64,000 nucleotides of DNA from an uncultured Candidatus Saccharibacteria bacterium (GTDB lineage Bacteria; Patescibacteriota; Dojkabacteria; SC72). How positions within the stretch are numbered: position 1 is the stretch's first letter; each line of letters begins with the position of its first letter. The DNA is taken from the NCBI GenBank assembly GCA_964514595.1, contig CAZEQZ010000001.1:43914-107913 (forward strand), read 5' to 3'. Below, one piece after another: positions 1 to 12,415 of this stretch. The notes under the pieces are model-generated. The model did no database searches. It was not told the origin of the DNA and saw nothing but the letters and a program-made list of their open reading frames with translations. Position numbers and translations under genes: made by a program.

Positions 1-1536
1 TTGAATAGTGAAGACAACGAAATATTGAGAGTAATAGATATAGAGGAAGTGAAATACGGAGATCTAGTTACATTTGAATTTAAATTGAATTTTAATTCAA
101 ACAGTAATCTTAATCCTGAAGGTCTATATAACTTCGATATCTCTATATTAGATAGAAGTATGGTTGGAAATTTAATAGATCATACCTCTGTTAAAAGCTA
201 TTTCAAATGGGGAATAGATTTGGAAGATCCTAGGATAGAAAATTTGGGGCAAAAGGTGATAGATGCGCAGGAGTTATTCCTAAACTGGGAGGCATATGGA
301 ACAGGGTCATATATTACAGATATAGTTCTGAATGGATATAGGGAAGTTGGATTAGATAGTTATGACATAACTTTATTATCTCCTCCTGGTTATGAAAATA
401 AAATAGAGCTAGGGGATATCTCCGGTGTAACAGGGAGCCTAAAGGAGGAATACTTGCTAAACAGTTGGCATTATCCAGACCTAAATAGTGGTGCTAATCC
501 AGAGGACCCGTATGTAGATTTTGAAAACACTAGAATAAATATAGGCTTAAATGCATTCGGTTCGATAATAATGTATGTAACTGCATATGACAAAGCTTGT
601 AATTATGCCTCCAAACCGCACAACATAGATCTGAGATCTTGGATAGCTACAAAGGGAGGAATAATGTACTCACAGGGTGGTTTCGGACCTGCAGCAAAAT
701 TATTGGAAGAGGAAAAGGAGGAAAGATTGATCCAAGCGTTGGGTCTAGCTGAAGGTAGGGGAAATATTGTTTTGGGCGATAGATTACTCACAGGAACGGG
801 TCTAATCTCTTCTAGTAGAAGAGATACGATAAGGAATATCGTGTATCCAGAACTAAAAGGTGTTGTGGCAGAGGGAGTATATGACACAAATGATAGGAAA
901 AGTTTCTGGTATGATTACTTAATTCAAAAACTTTTGATTCAGAAGGAATTGATAGATTTGGCAATATTTGAACATGAATTGCTAGATGATGAAGAGATAG
1001 GATTGAATACAGCAGAAAAATGTCTAGGTAATGAGAATTGCATAATATCTTCCTCCGATAATATAGTAGTCCCATCTGGATTTGAGTGTCAAAATAATAC
1101 CTTGATACTGTCTGGCGGAAATATAATATTAGAGCCTAATGTAAATTCCTCAGAGGGTGGAATTAAAGGATGCATATTCTTGGCGAAAGGAGATATAGAA
1201 ATAGGGCAGGGAGATTATCAAAGTTTAGGGTCGGACACTGTTCGGTATGATTACCTAGATGCATTCTTAATAGCAGAAAGACAGATAGTAATAAAAGAAG
1301 GTGATTTGGATAAGGCGGTTAGGGACGGCTTGCTAATATTCGGGAGTGCATTAGCATTTGGTAGAGATTTAGCAGATACCTCGGCTATAGTACTAAATAG
1401 GAATTTAAGACTATTTAACTACGATAATCCCACCTTAGTTGTATCTTGGGCTGTGAAGTACACGGAATTAGCTGAGATATTCTTTGGAACAGAATCGCCT
1501 TTGTATAAACAAGAAGTAGGATTTAAGGCACATTAA
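1..1536 (+). CDS. Hypothetical, probably extracellular protein; C-terminal part only (likely truncated by the window start)
   Basis: Frame is open from base 1. Acidic, with short beta-strand repeats (LILSGGNI, IFLAKGDI, FLIAERQI). Lies 8 bp upstream of a pilin-like gene. Confidence 0.75.
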   Translation: MNSEDNEILRVIDIEEVKYGDLVTFEFKLNFNSNSNLNPEGLYNFDISILDRSMVGNLIDHTSVKSYFKWGIDLEDPRIENLGQKVIDAQELFLNWEAYGTGSYITDIVLNGYREVGLDSYDITLLSPPGYENKIELGDISGVTGSLKEEYLLNSWHYPDLNSGANPEDPYVDFENTRINIGLNAFGSIIMYVTAYDKACNYASKPHNIDLRSWIATKGGIMYSQGGFGPAAKLLEEEKEERLIQALGLAEGRGNIVLGDRLLTGTGLISSSRRDTIRNIVYPELKGVVAEGVYDTNDRKSFWYDYLIQKLLIQKELIDLAIFEHELLDDEEIGLNTAEKCLGNENCIISSSDNIVVPSGFECQNNTLILSGGNIILEPNVNSSEGGIKGCIFLAKGDIEIGQGDYQSLGSDTVRYDYLDAFLIAERQIVIKEGDLDKAVRDGLLIFGSALAFGRDLADTSAIVLNRNLRLFNYDNPTLVVSWAVKYTELAEIFFGTESPLYKQEVGFKAH

Positions 1537-1544
1537 ATAATAAG

Positions 1545-2609
1545 ATGGAACAAAACATAAAAAAAATAGAAGATAATAAATATTCGGCACAGGCCCTCGC
1601 TATAGCTATGGTGGTTTTAGTGGTGTCTTCATTAATAGCTATGTCAGTCTATTCTAGGACCTCAAGAGATAAAAGTATGGCATTGGAAGAAAGAGCCTCT
1701 GCGGAAGCCTTGGAGGTGTCAGATTTAATTTTGGACAAGATAATGCTTTACAATGCAAAAGATTTGGTAGAAGCTGTAAGTGGCTTGTCTAGATTCTCTC
1801 TGGAGGAAGTTGCAGATTACACAGAAGGTGTAGTATTGAAAGAAAATGATAAAGTTACTGACATAACAGAGCTGTTTCGAAGTGTTAATATATTAGAAGC
1901 TGATGAGGTACTGTCTGATTTGGTAGATCCTCTCTGTCCCATAAATGTCGGGACTAATGAATATCAGTTAACGGTCAAAGAAATGGATCATTCCTCTTAC
2001 TACGAAATAAGGTCTGGTCATGTATGGAGCTTACCTGTAAAGAATCTAATGGAAGCCAATCTCTGTCTGTTGAACCTTAAACTAACAGTAAGGGGTGACT
2101 CGAGAGCAGGATTCTCTGTGATAAAGAAGTTTTGTAGATACGATGTGTATGGAGAGGTGGTAGATTGTGAAGAATTTAATCCAGAGGATCCAGATAAGGA
2201 TCATTTTACTAATTACTGTTTTTCAAGTGGTAATCTGTCATCTTGCAATAATACTGATTTCGTAGACTCTGATAATTGGATTAAGTACAATCCTGATGAT
2301 AAAGATAATGAGGGGATTGAACTAGAGATTGAAAGAAGATTAGTAGAGGTAGGAGAGGGAGGGGATCCAGTTACGCAAGCTCCAACGGAGTATCAATTGT
2401 CGGAAATTCGTGTGAAGGCGATAGGAGGAACGATAGGTATATCATATTACTTACCGGAGGATTGCCTGTCCGGCTTTAGAATGTATCAACTTAGAGCAAC
2501 TGCTAATTGCCAAGGAGTATATAGAGGTAAAGAAATCCTTATACCAGAAGCAAAATGGTACAATGTCTTGTTCGACTATGTACTATTTAATGGGGAAGGA
2601 TCTATGTAA
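1545..2609 (+). CDS. Type IV minor pilin / PilX-like protein
   Basis: Short charged leader, then SA|QALAIAMVVLVVSSLIAMSV hydrophobic helix and an S-R..D...EE.AS.EAL pattern like PilX N-termini. Cys-rich globular head. Confidence 0.6.
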   Translation: MEQNIKKIEDNKYSAQALAIAMVVLVVSSLIAMSVYSRTSRDKSMALEERASAEALEVSDLILDKIMLYNAKDLVEAVSGLSRFSLEEVADYTEGVVLKENDKVTDITELFRSVNILEADEVLSDLVDPLCPINVGTNEYQLTVKEMDHSSYYEIRSGHVWSLPVKNLMEANLCLLNLKLTVRGDSRAGFSVIKKFCRYDVYGEVVDCEEFNPEDPDKDHFTNYCFSSGNLSSCNNTDFVDSDNWIKYNPDDKDNEGIELEIERRLVEVGEGGDPVTQAPTEYQLSEIRVKAIGGTIGISYYLPEDCLSGFRMYQLRATANCQGVYRGKEILIPEAKWYNVLFDYVLFNGEGSM

Positions 2610-2632
2610 AGAAAAATATAGATCCAAAGGTC

Positions 2633-2661
2633 TTGCATACACTCTTTTAGTATGTTAAAAT
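2633..2661 (+). promoter_or_regulatory. Sigma70 promoter of the rRNA operon
   Basis: TTGCAT (2633-2638), 17-bp spacer, TGn-TAAAAT (2653-2661). Confidence 0.8.
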
Positions 2662-2780
2662 CCTTCACGAGTTTGGGATTATATACGGAGATACTGGCTT
2701 CCTCTTAGAGTATGATTCTCTAACGAAAACCTGATATAAAGATATTTTCATATCTTCAAACAAATACCCTCCTCAGCTCC

Positions 2781-2808
2781 TTAAAAGTTGAAGAGTGACA
2801 GGAAGTCT
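2781..2808 (+). other. 5' arm of the 16S precursor processing stem (pairs with ~4497-4526)
   Basis: ttaaaagttgaagagtgacaggaagtct is complementary, with G-U pairs, to agactttcctgtcactttttagcttttaa downstream of the 16S. Confidence 0.8.
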
Positions 2809-2935
2809 AAATTCAAATTTTATGACTTTCTATATTAGTGTGATTGGGTCACACAATTCATTTAGTCAGACATTAAAAATCCAACTCAATGCTGGTTGGT
2901 CATATTACTTTGGTAATGTGTAAGTCAAGCGTTTT

Positions 2936-4483
<1,548 letters not shown>

Positions 4484-4562
4484 CAAGGAGTAACCAAGAC
4501 TTTCCTGTCACTTTTTAGCTTTTAAGAAAGCTTAGATCTTTAAATATATGAACCAAGGAGAT

Positions 4563-4639
4563 GGGCGTATAGCTCAGCTGGTTAGAGCACAGTCCTGATA
4601 AGACTGAGGTCCCAAGTTCGATTCTTGGTGCGCCCACCA
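4563..4639 (+). tRNA. tRNA-Ile(GAT)
   Basis: Cloverleaf GGGCGTA/TGCGCCC, anticodon loop CTGATAA, GTTCGATTC, CCA encoded. Confidence 0.97.
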
Positions 4640-4651
4640 GATTCGATTAAT

Positions 4652-4725
4652 GGGCCTGTAGCTCAGCTGGCTAGAGCACTTCATTTGCAATGAAGAGGTC
4701 AAGGGTTCGATCCCCTTCAGGTCCA
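4652..4725 (+). tRNA. tRNA-Ala(TGC)
   Basis: GGGCCTG/CAGGTCC acceptor stem with G3:U70, loop TTTGCAA, no encoded CCA. Confidence 0.97.
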
Positions 4726-4867
4726 TAGATGACAGAGAAAGAAGAGAAATCTTTGATCTTTGAAACAAGATATATGTATATCTGTACTGTTGAGGTAGGT
4801 CCAATTTATTACAGTAGGATTAACAGTATCTGTAGTTGCACATTTACAACTGAATAGAAAGTAATTT

Positions 4868-8005
<3,138 letters not shown>

Positions 8006-8129
8006 ATTTCGACTTTCTATTCGGTTTTAAGTGTACAAAGTACACTGTTCGCTCTTTAGAACTGAAGTCCTGTTGGTCTTTCGAAAGAAAGACCCCCAGG
8101 CAAAAGGACTTGATATATCGAATCTTTTT

Positions 8130-8246
8130 GCCTGGCGATTGTAGCAGAGTGGAACTACCTGACTCCATCCCGAACTCAGAAGTAAAACACTCTAGCGCCG
8201 AAAATACTTGGACCTTTGGTCCTGGGAAGATAGGTCATTGCCAGGA
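8130..8246 (+). rRNA. rrf: 5S rRNA
   Basis: CCTGGCGA...TTGCCAGG terminal helix and the CCATCCCGAACTCAGAAGTAAA motif. Confidence 0.97.
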
Positions 8247-8257
8247 TTTTAGAAATT

Positions 8258-8285
8258 GAAACCCACTCGAAAGAGTGGGTTTTTG
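8258..8285 (+). terminator. Intrinsic terminator after 5S, probably bidirectional
   Basis: aaacccactc-GAAA-gagtgggttttt perfect hairpin with a U-tract. The convergent gene ends at 8287. Confidence 0.9.
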
Positions 8286-8286
8286 T

Positions 8287-9030
8287 TTATACGTACCTCT
8301 TTAATATATCCTCAGTTTCTGAGGGATTGTTAATCTGGTGTACCTTTATGCCTAAGGATAGGATAGGGTAGTCATTTCCGTGGGGAGTAAATTCATCCCC
8401 TATATATATACAATTTTGTAATGGTATAGAAGTTAACTCAGATAGTTTAACAATATTATCTGCCTTGTTCATTCCCCTTGGTACTAAATCAATTGTATTT
8501 CTTCCCGTAATGAATATTTCATATTCATCACCCAACTTCTTTATTAATTCTTTCTTAATATTCTCCCTAACGCTCCCATCTATATCCCAGCTATCCTTCT
8601 CTAGATCGGTAGATTCATTTCCCAAACAATTTACAGATATAACAGAACCTTTATCATGTATCCTTTGCTTAGAATCGCTCCTAGGGGTGTATAATTTCCA
8701 AGGTACTCTTCTAATTATCCTTTCTATCCTTCTCTTTTTTCTAGTTGGTATATTGGGAGCTTCATATAGAACAAACCACCCATTCTCATACTCTAAGATT
8801 AAGTTCCCATACTTGGTACAGAGTAGGAGATTTTTAAGTAGGTCCGGATTATTTAACTCTGAGCTTGATATCAACAAGTCCCTTAAACCTTTAATAGACC
8901 TACCTGCTGTTAGTATTCCTACCTTATTCCTATGTAATAACGACGAAATAGTTTCAATCATTTTCTCGCCGGGAGCCTCCTTGGATTTGGCTATGGTGTT
9001 GTCATAGTCTAGTATGATTAATTTCTGCAT
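8287..9030 (-). CDS. HAD-superfamily IIB hydrolase (phosphomannomutase-like)
   Basis: LDYDNT (DxD), LTAG, NKA and YIGDE..GND motifs. Start placed at ATG 9030, since TGn-TACAAT lies 5 nt upstream, rather than the ORF-track start at 9183. Confidence 0.85.
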   Translation of the reverse strand: MQKLIILDYDNTIAKSKEAPGEKMIETISSLLHRNKVGILTAGRSIKGLRDLLISSSELNNPDLLKNLLLCTKYGNLILEYENGWFVLYEAPNIPTRKKRRIERIIRRVPWKLYTPRSDSKQRIHDKGSVISVNCLGNESTDLEKDSWDIDGSVRENIKKELIKKLGDEYEIFITGRNTIDLVPRGMNKADNIVKLSELTSIPLQNCIYIGDEFTPHGNDYPILSLGIKVHQINNPSETEDILKRYV

Positions 9031-9405
9031 TCTCCATTGTATCATGAGGGAGAGGATATAACCCAAGAGGGGACAGGGCCGATATATATTTTCACCAGGT
9101 CTGTTTTTGGTGGGAATACTGAATTTTGGGGCAAAACGGGGAGTAATGTTTAAGTTACGCAAGATGTGTTTATTAGCGGGCACAGGGGGGTTGTCATTTG
9201 CACTGACGTAACACAGGGTATCTTCCGCCGTTTCGTAATAGAGAACAAAGTGTAAAGCAAATTAGCAGGAGAGGTTATAGTCGAATATAAATCTCAAATA
9301 GTCCTTGGCGGAGGGAAATAGTGGTGAGTAAAACAGTTGTACGAGATTCGGTGTGATTATGAATGTAGTATAATAATTAAGGTATAAATTTATGAAAATA
9401 TTGAT

Positions 9406-10437
9406 TTGAAGGCAAGCCGGGACTATAGGGTGTTTGTGTGTGAGGGGGTAGATCAAGTAGGGAAGGGAGATGCGATCTTAAATTTGTCTGAGAGATTGTT
9501 AGAGAACAGTATCCCCGTAACCTATTCCTCTTTTCCAATCTATGCCACTCCTGTTGGAACATTGGTGCGTTTTTCTTTGATTGGATTGCTTAAAGAATTT
9601 GAATTTGAAAAAATTCAAGAGCTAAAAATTAGAATGGCTCTCTATGCTCTCAATAGGCTGGAATTCATGGATGTTCTTCTATCCAATAGGGATTATAAAA
9701 AGACATTGATAGTCCTTGATAGGAGCCCCTTCAGTAATGCTGTGACAATAGGGTATGGCGTTATGAGTTTGGGAAAGTCTGCAGAGGATCAGGATGTAAA
9801 GGATTTGGTAGATTATGCTCTTTGGTTAGAGTCATTTATGATTAAAAAGTTAAGCCTGACCAACTCTGTTGTGCAGATGGTATCTGAAGATGAATCTTGG
9901 AAGAATCTTCGAAAGGAGAAAGGAGATATGTATGAGCAGGGTAATGTACAGAAACTATCTGGGGAGATATATGACTTGTATCAAGAAAGAGCAGGGAAAG
10001 GATGGAAGAAAGTTGTGACAAAAACAAAGAGTGGTTGGAGATCTCGTGAGGATATATCGGATGAAATATATGAATTTCTCCTCTCTAGAATCGAAGGTGT
10101 TAATGAAATGTCTAGGTCGAGTATGTACAAGTTAAGATATGAGATAGGGGCAGAGGAAATACTCAAAAATCTATACATTGGTGGGACATTGCCCAGTGGC
10201 CTGTTATCATCATATCTAAAGGCACTAAGATCTAATGACAAGGATAGTATGTACAGGCATGGGGTTGATATAGGGGTGCGTGTTGGAAGAACATGTCAGT
10301 TGGTGAAGATAAAAAATCCAAGGGTAAGGAAAGAAATGGGGAAGATAATAAAAGAGTTGCCAGAGATAAAAAGTATTATGTCTGGTTTAATAAATAAGGA
10401 CTTCTCAGATAAGTTTTGTAGAGCTTTAGATGACTAG
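9406..10437 (+). CDS. tmk: Thymidylate-kinase-like P-loop kinase with C-terminal extension
   Basis: VFVCEGVDQVGKG P-loop, FP.Y.TP.G, LYALNR and LDRS motifs typical of dTMP kinases. About 110 extra C-terminal residues. Confidence 0.65.
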   Translation: MKASRDYRVFVCEGVDQVGKGDAILNLSERLLENSIPVTYSSFPIYATPVGTLVRFSLIGLLKEFEFEKIQELKIRMALYALNRLEFMDVLLSNRDYKKTLIVLDRSPFSNAVTIGYGVMSLGKSAEDQDVKDLVDYALWLESFMIKKLSLTNSVVQMVSEDESWKNLRKEKGDMYEQGNVQKLSGEIYDLYQERAGKGWKKVVTKTKSGWRSREDISDEIYEFLLSRIEGVNEMSRSSMYKLRYEIGAEEILKNLYIGGTLPSGLLSSYLKALRSNDKDSMYRHGVDIGVRVGRTCQLVKIKNPRVRKEMGKIIKELPEIKSIMSGLINKDFSDKFCRALDD

Positions 10438-11071
10438 GAAGCAATTAGCTATACATCTACTGTCAAAATTAGAAAAACTCTTCCCAGAGGCCACTACAGA
10501 GCTTGAGAACTGGTCAACACCGTTTCAGTTCTTGATCTGTATAATGTTGTCTGCACAAACTACAGATAAGCAGGTGAATAAAGTTACTAAAGAGCTATTT
10601 GAAAAATATCCAAATGCGAGTGTCTTGGCGAAAGCAGATATTGAAGATGTGCAGCATACCGTAGGGGGTATTAATTATTTTAAAACAAAATCTAAGCATA
10701 TAATTGAAACAGCCAAGATCATAAGTACTCAGTACAAAGGCAAGCCTCCCAAGGAGCTTCTAAAGCTCCAAAATCTCCCGGGTGTAGGTTACAAGACTGC
10801 AAATGTTTTCCTGAACGATCTATATAAAGCTAATCAGGGGATAGCAGTAGATACCCATGTTATGAGAGTTGCTATCAGATATGGGTTAAGTGAGGGGACA
10901 GACCCCACAAAGATAGCTCATGATCTAGAAAGTCTATATCCCAAAAAGGATTGGTACAAAGTTAATTCAACTTTTGTTTTATATGGTAGATATATTCTAA
11001 AGGCTAAAAAGCCTGATTGGGATAGGGTTGTTTTAAAGAAATATCTCAAAATAAGGACAGACCCAAAATAG
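10430..11071 (+). CDS. nth: Endonuclease III (HhH-GPD glycosylase) lacking the 4Fe-4S cysteines
   Basis: LSAQTTDKQVN, LPGVGYKTA, IAVDTHV. Confidence 0.93.
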   Translation: MTRKQLAIHLLSKLEKLFPEATTELENWSTPFQFLICIMLSAQTTDKQVNKVTKELFEKYPNASVLAKADIEDVQHTVGGINYFKTKSKHIIETAKIISTQYKGKPPKELLKLQNLPGVGYKTANVFLNDLYKANQGIAVDTHVMRVAIRYGLSEGTDPTKIAHDLESLYPKKDWYKVNSTFVLYGRYILKAKKPDWDRVVLKKYLKIRTDPK

Positions 11072-11155
11072 TATGATATAATCCAACTGCAACATTTTAG
11101 ATTAGTAGTATGCAAATACCAGTTGCATGTATTGCATCACCAATAGGAAAATCCT

Positions 11156-12388
11156 ATGGATAATAAAAAACAAAAAGATTCATATTCACAGATAGATCAG
11201 TTTCTTGCTGATGGCGAGAACCAAATAAAAACATTCTCAAGGGGAGATATAGTAGAAGGCACCGTAGTGGATGTCAGAGATGGCCTTGTAGTTGTAGATA
11301 TTGGTTTTAAATCAGAAGGAATAGTGGCCGGGAGGGAGTTAAAGAGCGATGTTTTGGATTGGAGGGAGTTGAAAGAGGGAGACAAAATAATAGTATATGT
11401 TGTTAAGCCAGAAGATGAAGAAGGTCAATTGGTTCTTTCCATTAAGAGAACACAACAGGCCAGTGCATGGTTGAACCTAGAGAAGGCTAGAAAAGAAAAT
11501 GATGTGATAGAGACGGTAGTTGTAGAGTCTAATAATGGTGGTTTGATAGTAGAGATAGGTAAGGATATCAGAGGCTTCATCCCAACATCTCAGTTAGATG
11601 CTTCTAGGGTGTATTTAAATGGTGTGAGACAGGTGGGGAAGGATATTTCTTCTAAGGTTCAGAAAACTCTAAGCTCTTTGGTTGGAACAAAAATATCTAC
11701 AAGGATTATAGAGTTGGATAGGGAGAAGAATAGAATAATTCTCTCCGAGAAGATGGTCACACAATCAAGAGATCTAGAACAGAGAGAGAAGACCTTAAAT
11801 AAGGTAAAGGAAGGTGATGTGCTAGAAGGCACAGTAAGTGGCATTACACCTTTTGGTATATTTGTTAATGCAGAGGGCTTAGAAGGATTGGTTCATCTTT
11901 CCGAGCTATCTTGGGATAAGGTGGAGGATATTGGTAGTATGTATTCCGTTGGAAGTAAGGTGAAAGTTATGGTAATAGGAGTTTCCGATGGAGGAAAGAG
12001 GGTGGCATACAGTGTTAAGAGACTTCAACAAGACCCTTGGTCAGAAGCAATAGCGAAATATAAGGTAGGGGATATCGTTGAAGGAGAGATTCAAAAGGTT
12101 GTACCATATGGAGCTTTTGTAAGAATAGATAAAGGTCTAAATGGATTAATACATATTTCAGAACTTTCAGATAAACTTGTCAAAGATCCTGCAGATATAG
12201 TCAAAGAGGGTGACAAGGTTAAAGTTAAAATACTTTCCATATCTTCAACAGAGAGACATCTAGGTTTAAGTCTAAAAGCCACATCCTCTAAGGCACCAGT
12301 TAAGGTGGAAGAACCTAAAATCTCCAAGGAAGAGCTAGCCTCTGTGGTGGACTCTGCAGTGGAGGAGGAAATAGGAGAGAAAGAGTAA
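11156..12388 (+). CDS. rpsA: 30S ribosomal protein S1 (four S1 domains)
   Basis: DIGFKSEG, RGFIPTSQL, EGLVHLSELSW, GLIHISELS. Confidence 0.95.
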   Translation: MDNKKQKDSYSQIDQFLADGENQIKTFSRGDIVEGTVVDVRDGLVVVDIGFKSEGIVAGRELKSDVLDWRELKEGDKIIVYVVKPEDEEGQLVLSIKRTQQASAWLNLEKARKENDVIETVVVESNNGGLIVEIGKDIRGFIPTSQLDASRVYLNGVRQVGKDISSKVQKTLSSLVGTKISTRIIELDREKNRIILSEKMVTQSRDLEQREKTLNKVKEGDVLEGTVSGITPFGIFVNAEGLEGLVHLSELSWDKVEDIGSMYSVGSKVKVMVIGVSDGGKRVAYSVKRLQQDPWSEAIAKYKVGDIVEGEIQKVVPYGAFVRIDKGLNGLIHISELSDKLVKDPADIVKEGDKVKVKILSISSTERHLGLSLKATSSKAPVKVEEPKISKEELASVVDSAVEEEIGEKE

Positions 12389-12415
12389 TTGCCCAAGTAT
12401 ATAGTATAATTAGGA

